Shown here one piece after another: positions 1 through 12,040 of a DNA stretch of 64,000 nucleotides (position 1 is its first letter; each line of letters begins with the position of its first letter). The notes beneath the pieces are model-generated. The model saw only the letters and a program-made list of their open reading frames with translations. It was not told the origin of the DNA and did not search any database. Position numbers and translations under genes: made by a program. Origin of the DNA: Balanoglossus misakiensis (Eukaryota > Animalia > Hemichordata); contig CM082584.2 in assembly GCA_040954595.2 (NCBI GenBank), positions 10,878,552 through 10,942,551 on the forward strand. Reading direction: 5' to 3'.

Positions 1-1956
1 CTCCGAATGCCCAGCATCTGCCGTGTTATTTTCTCGCACACCTTCTTGATTTGATCTTTCCACATCATTTGCAGGTCCTGGCTGTGCCTTCGATATCATA
101 CACGGCACAATTTGGTCTTCTGATTTCAGTTGCTGCTGCGGTACAGGCTGCATTGACGACAGTTTCTGCAGTTCATCCTGATTCTGTGCATGCTGCTGTT
201 GTTGGAATTGTGGCTGAAATGGTTTCTGCCTTTGGAAAGGTTTTCCACCACTCCCAGGTGATGCCGCTGATGGGACTACTGTGAGACAGGAAAGTCAATT
301 GTAAATTGTTTTAAAAATTTCATTCTTGACAGAAAGTTAAAAAGCTTAACTGGAAAATTACAATTTCTTTCAGATTATCACTGTTTTCTGACAGCATATT
401 ATATGGAGAGACCTTGCACATGTAGCCACCACCTTATCTTGCATATGATGGCTGCCCTTACCCAGACAGCTTTCAAGGATTTGTTGCATCACACATATAA
501 ATTGTGAATGACCTTACCAGCAGCTCCTGGGCTATGAGGCACTGCCCTTGCTCTTGACTGTGGCGGCGACATAACACCCGGGGATGCGGCAGGGACTGCT
601 GGACTGGGAGCAGTAGCTGGTGAGTATTGTGAACCAGGATAGCCATTGACTGAAGCTTGGGGTGCTGGCGCAGGTGAACCTGTGAGGATCAATGAAGGTT
701 GTGTCAAATGGTATGAAAGGAAAAGAATGGATATTGCATTCTCACCCTTCAACTATGCAAGAAAAATATGAGGTTGCTCATCACAGAAAGGACTCTATCA
801 CGAAGATTTTAATCATTAGAAGCAACATCTTGATATGCATTATGAAGCATAGTTAACCTTTTACCCCTTTTATAAACTACAAACCTTGTGTTATGTTTTG
901 TTGCTGTGGCTGTTGTTGGAATGGGTACTGCTGGAATTTGTTTGGGCTCTGAGGGAACCTCTGCGGGCTGCTCTGGCTGAACTTTGCTGCAGGGCTGCCA
1001 GGAGTAAACCGAGGTGAGGGACTGCCCTGCACCAAACCCGCTGAGGGACTTCCTTGCACGGAGGTTGGCCCTCTGGTGTATGGTGAATGCTGCACCATTG
1101 CATCAGGCGACTGCTGGTAGTAAGGTGATGGTGCCATAGGCTGCCTTGGTGACATCCCTATTAGTGACATTAAACAAAGTTGATAAATGATTTAACAAGT
1201 TCAACTATGCAATCACATTGCAAAATGGAAATGAATTACCGGTATACATGTATAATACTTACCACCCATTCTATCCAACTGTGGTTTCTGTTTGAAGACA
1301 TTGGGATTTTTACTCAGAATAGCCTGCAACAAAGCTGGCATATCACCTTCAATGTCATCGTTGATTGATTTATCTTTCAGCTCACTGAAATTAAAAAACA
1401 CACAAAATATCAACTAATGATATCATCATTGGCCTAGCTGCGAGTTCAAATTCATGAGGGTTATGCTAGACTTACGAAAACTGTGTATTATTGCGAACAT
1501 GGAAGATGAAGTCTACTCACATATGGTCAGTGCTACTGTGAATGAGCGCTTGACGTAACTGAGGCACCAAATTTTCATCTGGAGTTGCAAGGAGCCGTCT
1601 TGCTTCTTCAGCCACCCGGTTGTTGAACAACAAGCTCTTATTGCCTAGTGTTGCAGGCAATGGTGAAGGCAGTGGCAACTCAGGAAGTACTGCAACAGAG
1701 AGAGAGAAAAAAGTTCATAGTCCCATTTCAAAGCACTTCTTTCAAAATTACAAACAATACTTTTCCCTAGTATTCAAATGTTAAAGGCAAACTGATGTAA
1801 GAGACAACTTAGTTTGAACAATATCCTATCTACAGAATATGTACATTAAACTCTTCAATATCATCAATTGTGGTAATGATGGCAATACTCACGATCAGTT
1901 AGACTGTTTACTCCAGCTAAAGTTGTTATAGGAACACTGGGTATTTCACCATTCAT
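1..1956 (-). CDS. NIPBL: Nipped-B-like cohesin loader, 5' coding exons (gene continues past the window start)
   Basis: Coding exons 1956-1893, 1689-1521, 1384-1263, 1157-885, 679-518 and 278-<1, all GT-AG and in phase. Translation MNGEIPSVPITTLAGVNSLTDLLPELPLPSPLPATLGNKSLLFNNRVAEEA...STDHIELKD...EGDMPALLQAILSKNPNVF matches the conserved NIPBL N-terminal MAU2-binding region, followed by S/P/Q-rich low-complexity sequence. The ATG exon has its acceptor at 2005-2006; a probable 5'UTR exon donor (gtgagt) lies at 3655. Confidence 0.95.
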
Positions 1957-4019
1957 TGTGACAATTGTTCAGTTGGTTATCTGATAGCAGAGTAAACTCG
2001 AAATCTGTCATAGATAAAGAAAGAAATGCACATGTTAAATATTTGTTGTCATTCTCTGGTCTACTGAGATGAGGAGCCAGGACCAGAATAAAGCAAGCCA
2101 CCTGGGTTGCGAGACGTTTGTTCACCCCTAAAAACAAAGTGTACTGGCCTATTTGCACTACAGATATATTAAAAATGTCGTCCAAAAATGATAATTTCTT
2201 TTTTCACAAGTAACGCACACATTAAAAAATGTTTGCACCTGGTTATAAAAAATACAGTTGTTAAAAACATATGTTAGGCAAATTACAAAATACATTATGC
2301 TAATTACCCACTACATGATAATAAATCTGTGGGGAGAACACTGCTTATTAACATTTCACTGAAATTCAGAGAATATTTTGGGGAGAAAATGTCATCCTCA
2401 GTGTTTCCACGCAAAACAGCCTGTCACATAATCATTGTGAGGCTGGCTGGTCATTGGGTTCATAGCTGTTGGGTTCATTTATAATCTTTGCCAATCAATG
2501 ACAGTTTGCATAAATTAACTGGATGCAAACTTACTTTCTGAAATGAATGTGTAGTATTTCCCATGAAGTGTGAACTGTTACATGTACTGTATTGTTACTG
2601 CTGATGGTGTAAATTGCAGGCTTAGCACAGTTGAAAAAGAATGTCTACAGTTTTACCAATGCCACTATAAACACGGACTTCTTCAGGCCACTGTCATTAC
2701 ATTTGTTGTGTTAAGTACATTTCGTGCATTAGATCCTTCATGTTACACAAATCCGGCACATCCAAGATCACCAATATTTACTGTGTATTTCATAATAATA
2801 ATAATAGCAATTTTCAATATGTTCAGTTCGAACACTGTGTCTCGCTGATATATACTTCAACGTATAAAGTGTTATGCTTATGGTGATTGAACCAAATACC
2901 GTCTATTCACAGCCGCCGAAAATACCGCTTCACTTGTCTTGAGTGACGGAAGTCAGAACGACGACCTTTCGAAATACCTAACCCTAATTTGGCTATAAAT
3001 ACGTCGACCAATATCGCCGTAAAACCAGGTCAAATCCAGAAAAATGTCCGCACAAATATCGAAAATGTACACAGCTTATTGTGACGTTTATTTAATTATA
3101 ATAAAACGTTTGATGTCGAGTCGATATCTACCTACTCTTCCTCGTGCCACCCAGCAAATCAGCATAACATCAAAACAAAGACCATCTTTACAATAACAAA
3201 TTTGCACAACATAGACTCGACGAGTTTTTGGTGCTCCGTGTCAGCGCCATGGTTTCGGTATAAATGTGACCAAATTTGATGAAATAAATGGCACAGAACA
3301 ATCGCCCCATCAAATACCAACACTAACAAGCAGCGTAATGCATATCCTTGAAATTTATGATAATCTTTTGTGTCCATCCAAAATTTTGGTTATAATTTGG
3401 CGGGAAATGCATGCAAGTTTAAATATCACTCTCATCACTTCCTCTGTTCTGACACCGCTTTTGTACCCGGTCACTTGTGTGATTAAAAACTTTATTATTT
3501 TCACAACAATTAGTATAAAAGAAAACAAGTTCGTTCGAATTGCGTCTGTTCTGGTAATAATCGTGTTAAAAATAACATTATCATGCAAAATTATGGCGTC
3601 TAACATGACTGAATGGGTAATAGTCTGGACGTACGTATCCGTAACACACACTCACCTTACGTAGCCGAGCTCTGAACCCACTACAGATTTCACCGAAGAT
3701 CGACCATCACAGCTCAAATTTCTGGTCCTCACATGTACAGTATGAAAGGTGGGACAAACTAGGACACGACAAATTCTTAAATTTTGACAAAATATGTAAA
3801 TATCCCACAAAAATACCCTATCCTCACATGTTGGAACAACAATAACCGCGCCAAAAATTACGAGGTCACTTCACTCGTCTGACCCTGACCGTCACTGTAA
3901 ATCAATGCGCGAAAGTCTGTCCGTAAGTAGTTAGTTGACTGAAAACTCCGAACTGCAATAATGGACCAAACACCTAAGATGCTGATCGAATCACCAACTT
4001 ATGGCATATTTTGTCACAT

Positions 4020-4610
4020 TACCGTCTTCCGAGAAGAAAAACATTCGTAGATCTACTTTACGCTAGTGAGACGATACAAGATGGCCGCCTTCGGTAGATC
4101 AATTTTTTCTCTAAGTGAACTTTATTCATGATGACTATAATAGCGCCATCTTCTTATCGGACACTAGTTACCGTTTGTCTTTTTTCGTTGAAAAAATGTG
4201 TCCCTCAGCTCCCTCTCATCAGACCCTCTCCTCTCTTAGGAAACGCATTTGTACCCTGAGGGGTGGGGATATTCTCGTGAGGGAATCAGCATATCACAAC
4301 TCCCCACGGTACAGCTAGCTGCGTTTCCACAGCTACCAAAGTTGCAGCTAAAATGTCACAAGTGACACTCGTACTCATCAGCTCCGTGAAATTTTTCCCA
4401 CCCGGGGTAGAAAACTTGAATTTTGTGTCGCAGAATTAAAAATAAAGTTTATGTTTTTAAAGATTTGTATAAATTTTGGTTCTACAAACTTCTACTGTAT
4501 CAAAATCCCTTCCCTGTGTCATATCTGGTTCCAAAGTTTGACGGGAGAGGGCGTCAATCAAAGGTTCAAAGGTTAGCAAAAATAAACTTGTCCTGCATTA
4601 GATAAAAACC
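4020..4610. promoter_or_regulatory. Putative bidirectional promoter between NIPBL and SCP2
   Basis: The two genes are divergently oriented around a CpG-containing interval. YY1-like motifs occur in opposite orientations: AAGATGGCCGCC at 4078-4089 and GCGCCATCTT at 4143-4152. Transcription starts cannot be determined from sequence. Confidence 0.5.
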
Positions 4611-4713
4611 CATGATAAACACCGGTAAGCTGGTCATTAGGAGTGTACTTGGTGCGTCAGCTGTCCTGCCAAAGTCTGCCAGTAGAATTTGCAATTTCAG
4701 TTCATCGTCAACA

Positions 4714-7700
4714 ATGGCAAAATCACGAGTGTTTGTTATCGGCGTTGGAATGACCAAGGTAGGGAAATCTACGACTCGTACGAGTACGAGGAAATTTTTT
4801 AAAGCTTGTGTAATAAATTTATGTTCCTGGGTCTGTGTATGTATGGTGTGAGAATGTCAGTAGACATAGCCACTACTCAGACCTGGCCAGTATGCAGGGC
4901 TACAACTGACGGTACTGCCATGATACAAGTGTTAAGGGATAGCTGAAGTAAAAAAAAAAAACACTGCATCGCCAATAATATATATCAGTACTCATTGTCA
5001 TCACGATACAGTAAAGTCACTTTAAAGTTTACGAAACCCGCATCGCAGGGCTGTGTAGGAGGCATAGCAGACAACTTTGTTGAAACTTGAAGTTTGAACT
5101 TCGAACTTTGACTGCTTTTTAGCAGAACTTTGTTTCAGACACGGTAAAGTCTGTGCCAAAGTGAAATGACACGATGTCATGTCAGAGTTGAGGTCAATAA
5201 ACTTTGTTTACCCGACTACTAGTATAGGATCATGGTAGGACTTTGTCCCCGTCTTTGGATTTAGACAGTCCATAGACCCTTAGCTTGTGATCAGATAGTC
5301 AGTCACATGCAAATCTTTACTAGTAATGCTGTCTGCTTCTGTTTGCGATGGTGATATTGGTATCTGCTGCAATGATGTTTGTGGTAATTGACAGATCATA
5401 CAATCACACATGCTATGTACCTTGTTTTCCAGTTCGAAAAACCCGGTCGTCGAGATGACTTTGATTATCCAGACATGGCGAAGGAAGCCGGTGAGAAAGC
5501 CTTGAAGGATGCTGGCATTTCCTTTGAGGAAGTTGAGCATGCATCTGTCGGCTATTGCTATGGTGACACCACCTGTGGACAAAGAGCCCTCTATCAGCTC
5601 GGAATGACAGGAATACCGGTTTATAACGTAAGAATCTTGAGTTTGGGGTACATTGGTGAGGGAATGGGGAATCCAGGTAATACTTTTATACCAGTATAAT
5701 AATACGTGTTCTTGATACCAGGTTCTAATGGCACGGCCAATAATCATTCAGTTTGAACTGTAGAGGGCAGGCTTTTCTTCTTCACTTCAAATCTGGGGCC
5801 TATTCTTGCTACACACAGGTGAACAACGCCTGTTCAACTGGTTCCACTGCTTTGTTCATGGCCAAACAACTGATAGAAGGTGGCCTGGCTCACTGTGTCA
5901 TGGCATTGGGCTTTGAAAAGATGGAGAGAGGGTCTCTGTCAGCAAAGGTAAGCTACCAAGTAATGACATCATTTTAAACAAAAATTAACCCTTTCACCAC
6001 TATGGTCCAGTCCATTGTTTTCCATGGGAAGGTTGGACCTGTAAAGAAGGAACTGGGGGTGAAAAACAAAAATATGCTTATAGAGTTATACTTTTGGAGT
6101 CTCGACTCGTTGACATTGTGCTGATTCTACTTCAGTACACAGATCGTACAAATCCAATGGACAAACACGCTGAAGTGATGTTCAACAAGAGAGGAGTGAC
6201 TGCTTCCCCAATAACTGCACAAATGTTCGGAAATGCTGGCAGAGAACACATGGAAAAATATGGTATGTACAAGTACATCAGTTTGGTGTTATGTTGATTC
6301 AATAGAAAAGGATTACATTGAGAATTACTAGAAAACCCAATTTCTTGGAGGTTTTACAAACTATTGGTGAAAAAATGTTGACTTAACAGTTTTTCAACAT
6401 AAACTAAAGTCACATCCTTTAACACAAATGACACTCTTGAAAGATCTGTGCTTTATTTTCCAGGTACCAAGCCAGAACACTTTGCAAAAATAGCATACAA
6501 GAATCACAAACACTCCGTGAACAACCCGTAAGTTTACTGTCTCTTCTAGAGTCAACATTGTTATCTCTTCATTGTGTGTTCATGGATGGTGCCTTATTCA
6601 TCCCAGTTTCTTTGAGAAATGATTATTTACACATATTTTGTTTATATTTTTAAGATATTCTCAGTTCCGAGATGAGTACAGCTTGGAAGACATCCTGAAA
6701 TCTCCAATGATCTATGAACCATTGACAAAATTGCAGTGTTGGTATGTACCACATAATAACATGACTAGCTAGACTCCTTAGCCAGGTTAGAGTTCATTTA
6801 CGTGTACGTTCTTCCCTGATGACTTTAGTTGTAATACATTGTGCCTGTGCTTGTCCTCTCCCAGTCCAACCTCTGATGGCAGTGCGGCAGCCATTCTTGC
6901 CAGTGAGGAGTTTGTCAGGAGACATGGCTTAGAGGAGCAAGCTGTCGAAATCCTTGGCATGGAGATGGCAACTGATTTACCCAGCACCTTCAAAGAAAAC
7001 AGTGACATGAAATTGGTGAGATTATATTTTCATTCTCTTGGTTTTGTTGGAATTCTGCGCATACTATCTACTATTCAAGTACTCTTAAGTTTATGACCCC
7101 CCCCCCAAAAAAAAAAAAAAATGTTTTTTTTTATTTTCCTGTTATTCACAGATTGGTTACGACATGACTAAGAAAGCTGCCAATCAACTCTACAACAAGG
7201 CAGGAATCAGACCAGATAACATTGATGTTATCGAACTGCACGACTGTTTCTCAGCCAATGAGCTGGTAACATACGAAGCATTGGGACTGTGCCCTGAAGG
7301 TTATTAGTTTAACGCAGTTTATTCTAATATTTTTCAGTTTCAAAAGACTTTCTTCTCTGTAAATTTGTGTGTCATTCATGCATGCACAAAAATTGTTTTC
7401 AGGAAAAGCTGGCGAGCTGATCGACAATAATGATAACACGTATGGTGGTAAATACGTCATCAACCCCAGTGGTGGCTTGATTTCTAAAGGACATCCACTT
7501 GGAGCGACAGGTACTACGATACATTCATCCTGAATACTCGGTGCAGTGTCCCAGTATGGAATATGAAGGGAACATGCAGTGACTAATTTTATATCTTTTT
7601 GTGCGTCTTGTTTTCATGAAATCTTTGCAAAAATGTTTTCCAACAAATAGTATTTCAGGCTTTCGTGTTAATCAAACGCTGAGCTTTCAAGTGTGAATAA

Positions 7701-9687
7701 ACTTTGCATGGCAACTGCTCTTTGTACTGCTCGCATACCAAAGAGCAACCTTTGAACTCTGCCCTTTGTCCTCCGTGTTTGCAGGCCTGGCCCAGTGTTC
7801 AGAGTTGTGTTGGCAGTTGAGAAACATGGCTGACAAGAGACAGGTTCCCGGTGCCAAGCTGGCTCTCCAGCACAACATTGGTCTTGGCGGTGCTGCGGTG
7901 GTCACTGCCTACAAGCTGGGATTCCCAGGAAGCCATGGGTGAGTGTGAAATATATTAAGCACGGAACAGACACACTAGCCGACCTTGCTTAATATGCAAA
8001 TTATACCATACCATGTGTACTACTCGATTTGTGTTTATGATTACCGGTACTCATGCCTTCGTAATCAATGTTGCATGCAACCAAATTGTAGTACAAGTGC
8101 TAAATCGATACAGGACCACATTTCAGTGTTTCAGATAAATTTTCTCTCATGCAGCAGCCCAACGCGCTCCACCCTCGGTCTGATAATTCTTTGCACTGTT
8201 CTTTTGCATAAATGCACTGTAAAACCATGATAACTTGATTTGGTTGTACAAAGCTTCGAGGAATAATTTGCAAGCCAACATTTGTTGAAGATCTGTAATT
8301 TCAACCTTCAGCTAAGGTTCGAGCTTTGTCCGCAAAGCTAAATAGTTTAACCCTCTCTGCACCAAACTTTACTGAAGCTTCGACCGTTTGACCTTTGTAT
8401 AGCTTGGGTGTGACCTTCATATTATCGCACGCTTCAGCACTGCTGTAAAGCGTACTGAATCACAGTCCTGTATGACCAGCAACATGGTAGACAAAAGGGT
8501 GTAATTTACTTGTCAAAAATACCATTACATAACAAATTACATAAGGTGCCCAATGAGCTGATTGATGATAAGCTGGAAATAAAACAAGACAAAATAATTA
8601 TCATTCAGAATCAAATTACAGGAGAAAATGATCAGTTACCTATAATACTCCCAGAAAGTGACAAATCTTGTTAATAATTATTTGTTTGTCTTTGTGCTCA
8701 GCATACAACCATCAACCACATCTTCTGAAGAATTCAAATCTGCTCCTATTTTCAAGGAAATAGAAAAAAGATTGCAGTCGGTAAGTTGAGGTAGAATTCA
8801 CCTCGAAATTAAAATTCCTCGGATCATTTTGAAATTAATACCACCGGTACTAGCTCTATTTTATTAAGTATTTTGGGAGGGTAGTCATTTTTTCACCATT
8901 AAAGAATCTACACTCAATTGAATATTTTATTTTAGCAATTTTTAATGTTCTCTTCTTTAGTATGATCATCGCATATTTCCATTTGATTTTATCAGGAAGG
9001 TGAAGGCATTGTAAAGAAGATGAAGGCAGTCTATGCTTTCAAAGTGACACATGGACCGGGAGGCAAAACTAGATCCTACTTGGTAGATGTCAAGAATGGC
9101 AGTGGATGTGTGGAAGTTGACTCCAACAGTAAGTTTTTTTCTGGTTGCAAATATCAGTACTATAGTGATTTGAGTTTGCTCTTCAGTTTGTTTTTTAAAA
9201 CACTTAGATATGCAATTTTTGTCATTTATGGATGTATGTAAATTGAAGGTGAGACCTTGGTGCTGTTTTTTAACTTACAGAAAAGGGCGATGTAACGATT
9301 ACCATGAAGGATGAGGAGATGCTTGGTATGATGACAGGAAAACTGAATCCCCAGCAGGTAATGTGTGGCTAAATCTCTAAAGATCAAATCATTGCATAAA
9401 CACACATGATCTTGATGAATAGTTTCTCCTGCTTCACTTTTTCTGAGCCAATCAGATTCTAGGTGATTTGCATAAAAATCAGTTTGGCGCCCAAATGCAT
9501 GTATATGTGATCAGTCAACATCTGAGCATAATGATCAGTTTTATAAATAAGAAGTAACAAATTGAAGTAAAACACTTGATTTATTTTTCAGGCATTCTTC
9601 CAGGGCAAATTGAAGATCGCAGGGAACATGGCCCTTGCTATGAAACTTAAAGAGCTGCAGCCACCAGCTGGACAATCCAAACTGTAA
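4714..9687 (+). CDS. SCP2: Sterol carrier protein X (SCP2-type 3-ketoacyl-CoA thiolase fused to an SCP2 domain), ~530 aa, peroxisomal
   Basis: 14 exons: 4714-4758, 5433-5627, 5819-5947, 6136-6262, 6464-6527, 6655-6741, 6865-7015, 7152-7299, 7403-7510, 7785-7938, 8702-8780, 8996-9128, 9281-9357, 9592-9687 (1593 nt, in frame). Motifs [20 protein letters not shown] (catalytic Cys), [16 protein letters not shown] and QHNIGLGG, then the SCP2 domain ([13 protein letters not shown]) and C-terminal PTS1 -SKL. An in-frame upstream ATG is present at 4612. Confidence 0.96.
5985..6064 (+). mobile_element. Short dispersed repeat (MITE-like, TTAA-CC end), copy 1, in SCP2 intron 3
   Basis: ttaaccctttcaccactatggtccagtccattgttttccatgggaaggttggacctg... 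closely matches the reverse complement of 22480-22542. The ends tttcacc and ggtgaaa are mutually inverted. Confidence 0.5.
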
Positions 9688-11322
9688 AAAAATCAGCATG
9701 TCATACAACTCGCAGTCACAGAAAAAAAGTGACAAAATTTAAAAGATGTAATTACTAATATCAAACATCAGAAATGTAAGATATTTGGCAACAAAAAGAA
9801 GGAACACAAAATGTAAACCAAAATTGACAAGTTAACATCATGATATTGGCTTTTTTGTCTGATTTCAACAGCTTGATACAACTTGCTTAAATGTTATAAG
9901 TCCCCGCTTATGTAGTCTGCGGCCTTTATCGATTGGACTCTGTCTGTCTGTCCACTCTGTCCTTTGTCCATCTGCAGCTGTTACTCGGACATGCAGAGAT
10001 TTCTTTCAAAAATTGGTACATGAACTGTGATGTACATATACATGTACACATCAATTAATTTCATGGTAAGATCCAATGTGACTGCCAGGCAGATGTTTTG
10101 TTGCAAATTTATTCAGTCGTGCCTGAATTGATTCTATACTATTCAAACTTTGTATAAGGACAGTGTTGTGTGATAAACACAAGTGTACTGAAGTTTTGGT
10201 AAAGCCTTGGAAAATATATGTAAATAAAAAGACTTTCAAAATTGATTTGGTGCTGTTATTTGTCACTGACAACATGACTGTGGTTGGAGCGACTATTTTT
10301 GACTGTATTACATACGAGTTTAGCTGCAGTGGTGACTACTTTGGTAAAAACATTTCAATTCATTCTGTGATGCCAGGCAGGAGAATTGTCAGTTCTCATG
10401 TGGTTTGTCAGTGACCCAATTAAATTTCTATCAACAAAATTACTTGTCTATAAATTCTCATTCTGGGATATTTTCGTCAGCCTCACACAACAAAAATTTT
10501 AGCTACTGGTAGCTGTTATTTGCTATATGTATTAGCAACTATTTTCGGTCTCTGTCATATAGGTGTGGCGCCCCTAGTGGTGCTATTTATCAATGCCGTT
10601 GTTTTCAGTTCATCCAATCGGCACCATTCGAAATATTCACCAAATGCAATAAATTCACAGCAATATTAAAATGACAAACGGATGCACGACAGATTCCGGG
10701 CTTTAAGTAATATCTCCAGAAATATTTTAAACGACTGATAGGGAACTAGATGAAAACTGACGATTTCGACACGAAAGACTGGCTCATCAATATGTATGCA
10801 TTGTATTCGATCCGGAATCCAATTGGTTTAGTGTACTGAATATTTTAACCTGTTTGACAACATTCCTCGTTGCCAGCCGCCTGGCAAATATAGAGTACAT
10901 GAACGCAGTTTACATAGTTCTGTTCCGGGAATTTAATTGAAGATATTTAAAAGCATCGTGTTTGCACAGTGGTCCGTGCCCTTCCTGTCCATACATGGCA
11001 AAAATCGAATTTTGCATGACCAGTACAAACTTCAATCTGTGTTTATTTTTAGTAAGATTTAATTAGGTTAAGATTCAGCCATGGTTCCGGAGACAACGGA
11101 CCCTGCACAAAATTTTCGCTCTAATTCCCAATTACACGGTCGCGCGATTTCCCTCATTTTGTCAATTTGGTGGTGGTTGTGTACAGAATCGATTAAGTCT
11201 TAGCAAACACACACCTTTCCCCTTCTTTTGTTAGACTTTCAGGGTTTCTTGTTTCTGGTATCTCGCCAAACGAGTTGAAAGTCTCCTGGTATTTTGAACG
11301 TTGACGGTATTTTTTTTTATCA

Positions 11323-12040
11323 AAGTCGAGATTTTTTTTGACATATTTCATGAGCTATAGCCCATGCATATAGCACGAAAATGCCAAAATGACAAAATTC
11401 AGAGTCGACTGAGATCGACGGGCTACACAAGTCACAAAGCAATGACTGTAATGACCAACTGAGCAGCACACAGCACTCCGCACTCAGCTACATGTATATT
11501 TTCCGTTGACTCCAGTAGAAGCGAACGAGCACATGGAGGTACGAGCACAAGGTTGCGAAATAAAGTCAGAAGATACAGGTTTGCTGGCGGACAGCCAAGC
11601 CAGCAGGTTTCATTCCAAGTAGTGTACTCACAAAGTTCTGTCTCGGAGTCAAACAAACAGCCTGCGTGCAGACCCGAACGGCAGAATTTGGTCCTCAGCT
11701 CTGAAGTCGACAGCACAGCATCCAGTGAAGTAGCCACGACCTCGTGGCAGCATGCGTATTCATCAAAATAAATAATTAATTAACACCTGTTCACCTGCCG
11801 TCCTAGTAAACAAAAGAAATCTCACTACAACCTGTAAACGTCCCGTTAAATGACCCCATCATCACAATATGACACAAAAATGCCAAAATGACCAGAATTC
11901 ACGAAGTCGAGATTTGTCATTTTTGACATATTTCATGATTTATAACCCAAGCATATGACACGGATATGCCAAAATGGTCAAAATTCACGAAGTCTAGCTC
12001 AGAATTTGTCATTTTTGACATATTTCATGAGCTATAACTC
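11323..12040. repeat. Interrupted array of ~86-bp quasi-palindromic units
   Basis: Unit aagtcgagatttgtcatttttgacatatttcatga...atgccaaaatgacaaaattcacg occurs at 11323-11408, ~11867-11903 (partial), 11904-11989 and 11990-12040 (partial), with ~460 bp of unrelated sequence after the first unit. Confidence 0.8.

Noticed and set aside
3159-3664. ORFs of 72-132 aa upstream of the NIPBL coding region
   Set aside because: They lie in the probable first intron of NIPBL, show no recognisable domain and overlap on both strands.
7939-8701. Internal promoter or start for a short SCP2 isoform, as in vertebrates
   Set aside because: The candidate ATG|gtagac near 8486 is phase 0, whereas the next exon needs phase 2; no supportable alternative first exon was found.
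10565-10582. CTCF-like motif (CCACTAGGGGCGCC on the - strand)
   Set aside because: One base short of the usual core spacing; a single short match is not enough evidence.
11323-12040. CRISPR-like repeat/spacer appearance
   Set aside because: Units are ~86 bp, degenerate and mostly contiguous; the context is eukaryotic and no cas genes are present.
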